Below are positions 24,801 to 36,490 of a stretch of 64,000 nucleotides of DNA, one piece after another. The notes beneath the pieces are model-generated. The model was not told the DNA's origin and searched no databases. It saw only the letters and a program-made list of their open reading frames with translations. The position numbers and the translations under genes are program-made. Origin of the DNA: Marsupella aquatica (taxonomy: Eukaryota; Plantae; Marchantiophyta); contig OZ316897.1 in assembly GCA_973895155.1 (NCBI GenBank), positions 20,153,224-20,217,223 on the forward strand, given 5' to 3'. How positions within the stretch are numbered: position 1 is the first letter of the stretch; every line of letters begins with the position of its first letter.

Positions 24801-27629
24801 TTGTAGTAACCTGGCCTAAACACACAGCTCAGTCCTCCGATGACAAAATCCCTAAACCTTGGCCCAAATGCGAGCTCCCAATAGTATAACCTTTCATTCA
24901 ACTCGAAGCGCACAGTGGAGAAGAGCTTCAAGGTTGACACACCAATGCAGGATTCACTTGATGCAGCACACACTACGCTTTTCATTGATGCTACAACTTC
25001 AGCCTGAGTGAGAAACGGCTTGCATTTTTTCCCTCACAAAGAATGCGCGATCGGCTCCTTTGTTGTGACTAACATTAAACCCTAAAGCTGGTTTAATGTA
25101 AGCGCAATTGCTTGCAACCATGAGATCCTCCTATTACTTTGCTTACAACTGTCAGATCGCCGCTAGATTAAGGCAAGCACTCTTCAAATAATTGAGTGCG
25201 CAAGCTCATTCTCACATTCAAAGTTTGGGATACATGGATGAGGTCCTTTTAAGGCATCTCACTTGAATGATGTACATGAAGGTTTCTGGGGCATGGCAAT
25301 AAGTAAACCCAACCTGCATATGCGAGGGTGAAATTGGGTGATAAGCTAGCAGGTCCTTTGGCACGCCCAGATGACCTCGATAAAAAAATTAGAGATTGAC
25401 TACAAAAAGCATTAAGTTAGGTTAATAGCAAGCTTTGACAAAGCCTTATTTTGTTTGAATGGGGCTGGGGCTTCATTGTGTCTAAATGGGGGCAGGAGTA
25501 ATTATGGTTTAAAATGGCATTAAACTATTATTAAATTCATGTGGGATGACATATGGTGTATCCAAAATCATTTGTATTGGGTCGGATCCCATACTTTAAG
25601 GTTTAAGGGTTCAAATGTAGTGGTCTCATAAGTTGTACTCTAATGTAGAGTCACTTGTATAACTTCAACCTAATTGCTTTAACTGAGTTATAGTTGCAAC
25701 TTTCCCTAAAGTTGTAAACATGACTCGGCAAAACTTCACCAAAACACAGTCAAGAAGGTGTGACTAACATGACACCAACAACGTTGGAGTCGCTATTTCA
25801 TGAAGGTCTCGGACAAGTCATTTATGGGAGGGTCTCAAAATGGGTGGGTTTCTTCTAGTGGGTCTCTCGATGAGACAAGTTCATGACAGTGCATGCAAGG
25901 CAACCACTCACTCACACAACAACAACATGAAAAGTAAATCACTGCTACGGGTTTCAGGCAAGCCGCGATTGATTCTCAAAACATACACGACCCCTCCCAA
26001 CTCCTACCATTTACAATCAGTAGTACATATGGCAGCTGCATACTTTTTGCAATTATCCGGACTTGGCCTCGATCCGGCCTCAGCTTTTCAGTAGCCCTCA
26101 CCTTGCTGACCTTGTTCGATCCCCACACTCAACAACATAGAGCTTTCAACCTATAGAGTCCCCTTGCCCACATGTCCAAGGGCTTGAACCACTGTCTAGC
26201 GTCACCACAACCCGACAATCATCGACTCATGTGAACACTTGGTGGCCTTGTGCATCTGATTGAGCCCCGCATTTGGAGAGTTGTGGACTCAATTCTCCAC
26301 TTTGATTGGTATGTTCATTCAGACTTTACCGATAATTGTGAGAAGTGATAATGTTCATTTGATCGGTAAGATTTCAAGTGCAACAGCCAGCTGCAAACCG
26401 ATACTTAACATTTGCAGCAGTTTCTAGCAATTGATCTTCACAACGCCTTAATTAAACGTCCCAGGCGCTGGTGTGTTGAATTCGAACTGACAGTTGGAAC
26501 TCAATTTCTTGCTTGTCGTTGTGGGCGCAAATTTAGATGGGTCCGACTCATGCTCGTTGTGAAAGCAGTCGCTCACAATCGATTACCGCAACTAAGTAGA
26601 GATTATGAAATTTTGATCACATGACCCTCGACTCTTCATTGAAAAAATGTGCTTTGTGATTACAACGACAACAACAACAGGGTTCCAGCCAATGAATTGA
26701 ATGTGTTTTTATGCAGATTCATCTGAGTTCAGACATTAGGCTCAAATCAGGTCAACTACTCCTAAATCCGTGATGAGCTATTAATTAACTACCGAAGGTG
26801 GAAATAGCAATGGGATCCCATGTGAATCTATTTGAAGGGTTTGCCTCAAAGAAAACTGGAGAGCAATTGTTGCTGTCATGCAGTTTTGACCTTGGGGTCC
26901 ACTTAGGTCCCAACAACTTAGCTTGTTCTCCACTCTCACTACAATAGTCTATTGACTACGAATCAAAGGTGAAAATGTGAAGTTCAAATGGTCTGCTGTT
27001 AAACATCCCCTTGAAACTACTGAAGTGAGTGTTCCCTAGGGCAAGCCAGAGTCACTATTGGAATGGGAGACAAAAAATAATTGTCATGCTTTTCTGACCC
27101 TGGAGTCGTCTGAGGTCAGCAAGTTGACCACCGTAGGTTAGCCGTATGTGGCCTTAACAAAGCTTAGGGTGGCTTTCTTGTTACTCTCTTTGTCTACAAG
27201 ATTAAATTTGGAACAATGGAAACTGTTGTGCGCGTTACAAGAACTTGGGGCCCTACCAGTTCAATGTCTGCAATCCTACATGGCAAGACCAATTAATAGG
27301 CAATAAGATGGGACAATACTATTTACCAATATATAATCTGGGGGCACCAACGAAGGCGGTCTTGCACCTATCCAATACACCAGCTTGTTCCAAGCCTAGG
27401 AAGCCGTGGGCAAATTACCCATACAGTAAGCAACTAGAGTAAATTTTCAGCAGATCACCTGTTAGCCTGTCATAAGGTTCCAAGTTTCATAATCCAAGCC
27501 AGCCTCACCGTGTCTCAAAATTTCAGAATTTTATGTGCAAAAGAGTGTCAAGGGTTACGCTTGCTAACCCTTGCCATGTCCAGGGGGGGGGGGCATGGCT
27601 GTACCGTCCTTAGGCTCATCGCCCTTGGG

Positions 27630-28010
27630 GATTACAGCCCATAAACCCCTCCAAGCCATGAGTTGGGTTATCTACCCGGTTATCTACAAGCATTGTCACC
27701 AACCGTAGTTCCTAACCACTCCATGGGTTACCCACCATGTATTGTCGCCATTCAACCATACTAGCCCATAACCGCCTCCATGATGGGTTACCCTACATGT
27801 ATTGTCACTAATGTAGTCCATGACCCTAAACATAACACCCTCCATGGGCTTTCCTACACCTATTGTCAGTCACCAATATAATCCATAACCCCCTCCATAT
27901 ATGGGTTACACGTATTGTCACCCATGTAGGCCCATAAACCCCTTGTTGTCAAGGCCATGGGGTACCATAGACGAGTTATCCCCCATGTAGCCCATAACCT
28001 CCTATCATGA
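27630..28010. repeat. Degenerate ~60-bp minisatellite
   Basis: Recurrent cataaccc..ctccatgggttaccc..catgtattgtca units; another unit at ~28335-28377. Confidence 0.7.
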
Positions 28011-30144
28011 ATTTTTTCTTGTTAGGTCATGTAAGGTGCTGAGGCACTAGCCTCCCTGGTGCCTTGGCTGGTGCGCCCATGAAACCCCTATGCCATCCTG
28101 GCCTGTGGATTTTCAAATTTGAATCAGAACATGCAAATGGTCTTGAACAACTAGGCAGGACAGTTTTACAATGTAAAAGTGAACTGAGTGTTTCAAAAAC
28201 TCTCTTGGGGGCTTTACACTCGGTAACACATCATTGCCCAATTGGGGACAATGGGCTGTAACCCACTTGGGCTCTGAACCACCCTCGGGTATTACATCCT
28301 ATTATCCCCTCTTGGGCATGGGTTACCCTAGTACTCATAACACCCTACAAGTCATGGGTTTCCCTACATGTATTTGTGGGAAGAGAAGATGGTGAGAAGG
28401 AACAGGGAAACAAAGGAGGATTGCCGATGGTGAGAAGAGGGCAAGGGAGGAGGATTTGCTCGAAAGAAAGACTTTGTGGGGGCAGCCACGAGTGAAGGAT
28501 GCAATCAAGAAAATACGATTTTGACTATATGTATTTGGTCCCCATGCTTTTGAGACAGTCCTTGATTAACCACATGTCCTGGTATTGAGCACAAATCACT
28601 CTTCTATTCACCTTGATTTGTGTTATGTAAGATTAAGTGTTACTAATTAGTGATAGTGAAAACAAGGCTGCTTGAGACATGACTACTGGGCTGATCCATC
28701 AGAGCTCCAGGAACCGAGGAGCTTAGAAAAGATAAAAGTTTCTCTTCCAGCATCACACAAAGTCCAGGAACCCCCAATTCCATACCGTAGTTGCCATCTT
28801 GACTCAGCAAAAAATGAGTAATTGATAAATTTTGGATGAGACATCCTTCCAAACCCATTCTTTTCAAGTTCGATACCACCCATTCTTTTAAAGTCCAGCG
28901 TTTCCATCAATATGCTTAGAATTTCTCAAACTTTACATCACAAAATTCTTTCGATGTTTCACAAGCACTCGTAAATATTTTGACAGTCTGGAAAGTCAAC
29001 TCAAATTCCACAATACCTTCATGAGACGGCCTACACAAAGAAGGGAATATGCTACAAAGCCTCTATGAGTGTTTGGAACCTCTGAACCTGGGTTTGAAGC
29101 ACTTCAGAAACTCAAACCTAAACAAAGAGAAAATTGGAAACTTCCATCCACTTGGAAGGCAAAGGGAAATCTTGTTTCCGGTTCAAAGCGAAAAGGCCCC
29201 TCGAGCTATGGAGAGAAAACATGGGAAAACCAATTCCACTTACGTGGAAAACCAACACCAACCAAACTCTCGTTGTTAACCAACAGCAGATGAATCGAGT
29301 AAGTTCGATCTGTGATACTGGCAGCTACAGACGTGATCCATGGACTGAAAGAGCATAAGTGCAATATGACTGTCTGCTAGTGACCCTACAATCTGCTCGA
29401 TGAATAAAATCTACCGGCAGTGGACGGAATCTTTGGAACTGGGGAACTGAATAATCGAATTTATTCGAGAACAATTCAGCAGCAACTAACGGAGAGCGTC
29501 CGTAGTGCACATAGAAACCTTCCATTTCCTATCGCACTGTTGAACGACTTGAGAATTCATCTGTGCTCGCTGTCATTCAAGGCGAAGCCAAAGGGTCTTG
29601 CTTGGATACCGAAACACTATTTCGTGATGTTTAAATTCATTCTTCTCTGCCCCGGGCAAGTCTTTGGAGCCCTGAAATTATTCGATAGTCACGACTCTTA
29701 CGATCAGTGCCTTACTAGTACGCTAGAAGGTGAACGCCATACTCACCGAGTAGTTGAAGAGCAAATCTTCTGCGAAAGAAGTGGCCGAAGTGCAAATTGA
29801 AATGCAGATGTCGACGACAATGATGAATCCTATCGAAGGCAAGTTAAATCATGGAAAATTCAAACATAGTATGTTCTGTCGTGCCTAAGCTTACAACAAC
29901 TTGGCAGGGAAGCGATGAATGAAGCAGAAGTTTAGAATGACAGCCGAGACTACAACTTGCCTCAGCGAGTTCCTCTCCAACGACAGCTTCAATCTGTTTC
30001 GTTTAACACACGGAGCTCCTGTGTTTCAATTCTTCTGGATATTGTAATCTTGTGAAGAGTGGACAAGTGACTTACGTTCGACATATCCGTCTGTTGTCAG
30101 TGTGGAAGTTTGCAGGTCGAAACATTTGCTGCGCCGATGACCCT

Positions 30145-30216
30145 GCAAACTTACCCTGCATAACCTACGCAAACTTACCCTGCATAACCTACGCAAACTT
30201 ACCCTGCATAACCTAC
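30145..30216. repeat. Perfect 24-bp tandem repeat x3
   Basis: gcaaacttaccctgcataacctac at 30145, 30169 and 30193. Confidence 0.95.
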
Positions 30217-30647
30217 GATCTGGGTTCGGGAACCGACAAAAAAGTGACACGAAGTGCCTTGTGCTGAGTCCACGTTGCTGTGATAATTACTAACCATTTA
30301 CTGCGAAATCTACTTTACCCTTGTTTTTCGCTCAGGCCAAGGGCCGCGTTTGCACACATGCGAGTTGGGTCTAAAACCTCTACCTTAAACCCTTAGTTCT
30401 CAAGGTATGGGAATATGGAGGGCGGGTTACAAGTGTTCAGTCGAAGGAGGACGACGAGGACGAGGCGATGGTGGGGAGGACGAGAGCAAGGGAGGAGGAC
30501 GAGGAGATGGTGGGGAGGAAGAGGGAATTGAGGAGCGTTTGCGAGAAAAGTAAGAGTTCGTGGAGCTGCTGCGAGTGAAGGACGAAATTGCCGGTGCTGA
30601 AGAAAAGGCAGGAGGAAGAGGCCAGGAGACGGCCCACAGCAGACGAT

Positions 30648-33339
30648 ATGAAAGGTCTCGTTCCTGTCGACGAGGAGGAGGCGATGGTTGGGAGGAAGAG
30701 GGGAAGGGAGGACGGTTTGCGAGAAAAGGATGAGTTCGTGGCGCGGCTTCGAGTGAAGGATGAAGCTGCAACGAAAAAATTTACGGAGCCCATGCTGAGA
30801 AAAGGACAGGAGGAAGAGGTCAGGAGACGGCGCGAAGCAGAAGATACAGAAAGTCTCGTTCCCGTCATGAGGGAAGCATCTCGGGGAGCCTATCTCAAAC
30901 GTCGTGAACAGAAGAAGTTGAAGGAACTGGGGGATGCTCTAATTGACGAGGAGTACCTGTTTGGTACTGTGAAACTTACAGCTAGGGAAGAGGAGGACCT
31001 GAAATACCAGAAGAAGATGCACGAACTAGCGGTAGAACGGGCTAAAGATACTGACACATTTGAGGCATACCGCATCCCGGAGCCGTATGATGACATTTCT
31101 GCTGGGAAACCGGAGCAAGGCAAGCGTTGTGCAGTTTCTTTAGAACGCTACAAAGGTGCGGGTGGACAGGAGAAGCTGAACTCGTTCGCTGAACAGGAAA
31201 ATTGGGAAAAACAGCAAATTGGGAAGGCGAGTCTGATATTCGGAGCCAAGGACAAAAAGTCTGACGATGACTATGAGCTCCTCTTCGATCAGGACCTCAT
31301 TGAATTTGTTCAGCCTGATTTCGTCAATGGAATGAAAGTAGCAGACGAGAAGCAAGCGAAAATATCAGCCGCACGGTCAGCATTCGAAAAGCCTCAGGAG
31401 GACAGAGAGCTGCTGCCCATTTACCCCTACAAGGAAGAGCTTATGAAGGCTGTGGAGCAATATCAAATCCTCGTAATCGAGGGAGAGACGGGATCTGGAA
31501 AGACAACTCAAATCCCACAATACCTTCATGAGGCGGGCTACACAAAGAAGGGGAAAATTGGCTGCACTCAACCTCGGCGAGTCGCTGCCATGAGTGTGGC
31601 TGCACGTGTTGCTCAAGAGATGGGTGTCAAGCTAGGGCACGAAGTGGGGTACTCAATTCGCTTCGAGGATTGCACGTCCGAGAAGACCGTGCTCAAATAC
31701 ATGACCGACGGAATGCTTCTGCGGGAATTGCTGAGTGAACCTGATCTCGCTGGCTACAGTGTCATCATTGTGGATGAAGCGCATGAGCAGACCGTTTCCA
31801 CTGATATCCTAATAGGTCTCTTGAAAGATATAGCCCGCTTCCGTCCTGACGTCAAAGTTCTGATATCTAGTGCCACATTGGATGTATCAAAGTTTTCAAA
31901 CTACTTTGATGGGGCTCCGATTTTCAGAATTCCAGGACGCAGGTATACAATTGATGTATTCTACACGATAGCACCTGAAGCGGATTTTCTAGAAGCTGCA
32001 GTGGTGACCGTCTTGCAAATTCATATCACCCAGCCCCCAGGTGACATTCTAGTGTTTCTCCCTGGTCAGGAGGAGATTGAAATCGCTGAGGAGAGACTTA
32101 TACACAGAACAAGGGGTTTAGGGACGCGAATTGGAGAGATGATCATTTGTCCCATCTATGCCAATCTTCCCGCGGACATGCAGACCAAGATATTTGACAA
32201 GACTCCAGAAGGAGCACGGAAGGTTGTGCTAGCTACGAATATTGCGGAGACTTCATTAACCATCGATGGAATCAGGTATGTTGTCGATCCTGGCTTCGTC
32301 AAACAGGCATGTTGCAATCCTCGGACTGGCATGGAGTCGTTGTTGCCAATACCCGTTTCCAAGGCAGCGGCAAGGCAACGAATGGGAAGGGCTGGCAGGA
32401 CATCACCAGGGAAATGCTTCAGGTTGTACACTGCTCACGCGTATGAAACAGAAATGGATGAGAACACCGTTCCCGAGATCCAACGTACAAACTTGGGGAA
32501 TATTGTCCTCACTTTGAAAAGTCTGGGAATCAATGACTTGATTAATTTCGATTTCATGGACCCCCCACCGGCGGAGGCTTTGGTACGAGCGCTCGAACAA
32601 TTGTATGCATTGAACGCCCTGAATGGTCGTGGAGAGCTCACCAAGACAGGTCGAATGATGGCGGAGTTTCCCTTGGATCCAATGCTATCGAAGATGATCG
32701 TGGCCTCCGACAAATACAAATGCGCAGATGAGATTATCACGATTTGTGCTATCCTGTCTGTTGGCAGCTCTCTTTTCTATCGTCCAAAGGATAAGCAGGT
32801 GCATGCTGATAATGCAAGGTTGAACTTTTGTGCAGGTAACTGTGGTGATCACATCGCCCTTCTGAACGTGTACGAAGCTTGGAAGGAAACGGACTTCTCT
32901 ACTCAGTGGTGCTACGAGAATTACATTCAAGTGAGGAGCATGAAGCGAGCACGAGATACCCGAGATCAACTCGCAGGTTTACTGGAACGGGTCGAAATAG
33001 AGCTTCTCAGTAATCCTGGCGATCACGAAGGTATAAAGAAAGCTATCACCGCAGGGTTCTTCTACCAGACGGCGAAACTTGAAAAGAATGGGTCGTATCG
33101 AACTGTAAAAAGTCGTCAAATAGTGGCAATACATCCCAGTTCTGGACTTTCGCAAGTTTCCCCGGTGGATTGTGTACCATGAGCTTGTACTCACCAGCAA
33201 AGAGTACATGCGTCAGGTCACAGAGATCAAGCCCGACTGGTTGCTTGAGATTGCACCGCACTACTACATGAAGTCAGATGTAGACAACGCTGGTGACAGG
33301 AAAATGCTCAAAGGGAAAGGTCGAGCAGCTATGGACTAG
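30648..33339 (+). pseudogene. Intronless DEAH-box spliceosomal RNA helicase (Prp2/DHX16/ESP3 type) retrocopy with late frameshift
   Basis: Motifs [31 protein letters not shown] and QRxGRAGR lie in one open frame with no introns. Frameshift at ~33159-33165 (2 nt short of V-L-P-R-W). The downstream frame resumes [46 protein letters not shown] at 33339. The usual N-terminal region is missing; first in-frame ATG at 30648. Confidence 0.85.
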
Positions 33340-33429
33340 AAGAAATGCTTCGTTGATGAATTTGTTCTCAACAGGTTTAGCTTGGACTTCCGCCCAAGGA
33401 TTCGATTCATGATATCGGCACGAACTGAA

Positions 33430-34320
33430 TGTTGGAATATTTGTACGATATGTTGTTTGCCTATCAGCTGTCCTCACACGTACTTTCATTATTGATCTGT
33501 ATATAGACTCAATGATCTAGAGGGCAATTAAGTCCCACTTGCATTAGAGTAAAGTGTAGGAGATTAGTTGTGTCGTCTTGTATTGATTTTTTGTGCGCTT
33601 ATTGTGCGATCCCCTTGAGGGACGCTCCTTGATCTCGGGTTATTCATCTCCCGCTCATGTACTTAGCACGTCTCTCGGTTTTATTCTCAAGAAGTAAGCA
33701 AATTTCAGCATGGTATCAGAACTCTCATCCTCTGAACCAACGTTTTGCTCACATTGTCGTCGTCTGCAGATATCACGAAGATCGCCTTCTCCGACAGTGA
33801 CAAGCTTGTGGAGCCTGAGTTCTATACGATATGGGCATTCCAAGTCGAGCAAGTATTTCGAGAGAAGGACCTATGGGACTTAGGGGATCTTCTGGTCACA
33901 TCGAGCACCTCGCAGTCATCAGTCAGAGGATCAGGCACGGAAGGCAACAGCGGACCAGCTAGCTTAGCTACGTCATCGGTGACCAATCAGAAGATGAAAG
34001 ACAGGATGGTGAGCATTATTACCAAGACCTAAGTTACTCCATCATTCCCACAGTGAGAAGCCTATCTAGAGATCCTGCAAATCTTTGGTCAACACCCAAG
34101 AAGAAGAATGAGTCTACTGTTATTAAGCGTAAGGTAGACCTGACGACTGCGCTGGAACAAATTAAGTTATATAAAGGATCCTCATTGGAGGACTATCTGA
34201 AGAGAATCGATCATCATGTTGTGGAACAAGCTAGCATCGATGAGGAGATTCCTGATAACGAGCTTATTCAAATAGTTCTTAGGACTGTTCCAGACAGTTG
34301 GTCCTCATTTGCCGATGACA
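33430..34320 (+). mobile_element. Truncated Ty1/Copia LTR retrotransposon: 5' LTR, PBS and decayed gag
   Basis: TGTTGG (33430)..TTTCAGCA (33710), directly followed by tRNA-iMet PBS TGGTATCAGA (33711-33720). Gag-like YTIWAFQVEQVFREKDLWD..LEDYLKRID..IDEEIPDNELIQIVLRTVPDSWSSF, with stop. No pol or 3' LTR seen. Confidence 0.82.
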
Positions 34321-34324
34321 TCAC

Positions 34325-35000
34325 ATACCACATTTCAAGTATAACTGTCGTTTGAGCTTGGTTTTTGCCTGCGTAGAAACCTATCTGGTATGAGGCTGAT
34401 TATGTAACATGGCGAGCTTTTATTGATGTTGCTGTTCTTACGTCTCTGAAGAAGCACCAGGTCAAATCAACCGATGGCCCTCGATGGAGCAGAGAAGGAA
34501 GCAGCAGCACGAAAGCATCTTTGTGGCCTGATCGCCTCAACTATGGATGAAGCTTTGTTCAAGATGCTGACTTCAAAATGGCAAGAGTTTTCAGACATTG
34601 CAGTGGGAACCAAACATAACCTTTGGGACCTGCAGGGGTTGTGCTGAAGGACATGATGAGTACAGAGTTTGCGGTACATGTGCCTGATAAATCCTTCCTA
34701 GATTTTCGGCAGTAGGCTGCTTTTGTCAAGTATCACGCTTGGAAACGAGAAGCCTTCCACGTATGGGATTTTTTTGTTAACCTGCAACGTTTGTATCATC
34801 CACATGAAGTTTCCTCTCACCAGAGCATAGAATCCCGTAGTCGTAGGAATCCGCGTTTTTGCCTCCATTGTCTCACGATATGGATAGTCATGACCACGAA
34901 TCCTATAACTGGTCATGATGAAACACCTTTTTCCCTTTATACTACGATTAGTGATTGTAAGGTTCATGAGGACGCTTTCAGTTACAGCTAAGGTTGTGAC
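34325..35000 (+). pseudogene. Inverted duplicated Timeless exon 8 with flanking introns
   Basis: Reverse complement of ~1915-2655 (GAEKEAAARKHLCGLIASTMDEA..TSKWQ). Has indels and the donor is mutated (ATGAGT for GTGAGT). Confidence 0.9.
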
Positions 35001-36189
35001 AGTGTTACTATTAACAAAGTTGTTTTCCATGCAACTTTTGAAGGTTTGCTTCATCAAGTGAGATTGAAGATGCAGAAGCCATCATTCCGTTCTCGGAAGA
35101 TCCAGTGGTGGAGACCAAGGAATTGTTCGAAAGGCAAATTGAGCGTGACATTGTGGTGTGTCTGAGGATGATTCGAGCGTGGCTGGTGACTTTTAGGAGT
35201 CAACATTCAAATGGCACTTCAAATTTCTGAAGCTCTTTTCCAAGCGCTTCAGAAATTTAGGGCATCATTTGAATGTTGACGATTATTCCTGCCGTCATCT
35301 GAATGCCACAGCGTTTTGTTCTCAGTCGTAATGTACGTTTACGTCCACTTGCCTGGAGTTTGTGAGAGCACATTTCATGTTCTCAAAGCCGTGGCAAAAC
35401 TTCAGCCGACAGTTTGTTTAAGTTCCCTTGTAGAGCTCACAATAATGAGGCCGAATTGTGGAGTTGACAGTAATGAGGCGGTCTTGTTGGTTTCGAACGT
35501 ATCCGAGTTGAATTGCCCATGAAGATTTGGGGTGTTCAGGTGCAAGGATGCTGAGCAGTATGCACAACTTATGGGACGACTGTAGGATACTGTGATGACT
35601 GTCCACCAACTCTTAAGAATTCTGAGGTCGTTTGTACAAAAAAAACTCTTGTTGAATAATCTGGATCAATAATAACATGTGAGATAAGGCTTTCTGGAAA
35701 GTGTTGTGCACACACAGACTAGAAAATGTAAACATCACGTGGGGCTCGTCTAGACCTAAGCTAGTGTTTGGCAATTCATGGAGATGCCACCTGGAATGGC
35801 CTGGCCCTACTGCACCTACGATTGACACTTGACAGAGTAGATTGCTTGGAGTTTTGTCAGACAGAGCCAGAGAGAGTCTGATTCAGATAGAATCAGAATG
35901 GAACAGGTCCAGACCTAGGCTTTCTTGCTTTGGGCCGCAGCTCGTAAATAATCCAGCACTTCGACGAGAAATATTTGAGTTACCTCCCCTGATAGCCTAA
36001 ACTTTCGGTATTTGTATCGTAAACTAGTAATGAAGTAATCGTAGCATTGCCTTTTCACCCCCAAGGATGAAAATAAATCAAACATCCTCGTTGCAATGCC
36101 AGAAGTTCAAAAGAAAAAATCAACTTACGTGACTTGTTTGGATTGCTTCAAAATCTTACATGGTTTTGCCCGGATGACAGGACACGAAA

Positions 36190-36490
36190 AAAGTTTTCGC
36201 GACCAGCTGTGGAACTTGTGATGACAGTGCTCTAGACTGTTTCACTGTATGGCCTTAATTTATCGTCACTGTCACTTAGATCAAGGGTGTTACTCTTTCT
36301 CTTCCGAAAACTGGTCTCCTTTGAGCCTAATTGTCCGAAAAGGTTTTCGCGACAAGTTATGGAACTTGAAAAGACACAACTCTACACTATTTCAACATGG
36401 CCTTAATTCATCGTCACTGTCACTTAGATCAAGGGTGTTCACTCGTTTTCTCTTCCGAAAACTTGTCTCCTGTGGAGCCTACTTGTCCGT
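36190..36490. repeat. ~150-bp tandem duplication
   Basis: ttttcgcgac..ggaacttg..atggccttaatt.atcgtcactgtcacttagatcaagggtgtt..ttccgaaaact..gagccta.ttgtccg occurs twice. Confidence 0.85.

Larger units (their letters stand above)
19980..25860. mobile_element. Non-autonomous CACTA (En/Spm) DNA transposon, 5881 bp
   Basis: Perfect 14-bp TIRs CACTAGAAGAAACC (19980-19993) and GGTTTCTTCTAGTG (25847-25860), imperfect to ~28 bp. 3-bp TSD GGT on both sides (19977-19979, 25861-25863). Many subterminal GTGAC/GTCAC/GAGAC motifs at both ends. Confidence 0.93.

Noticed and set aside
33156-33165. Programmed ribosomal frameshift in the DEAH helicase
   Set aside because: No X XXY YYZ slippery heptamer in frame and no obvious stimulatory structure. 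A simple indel or assembly error is more parsimonious.
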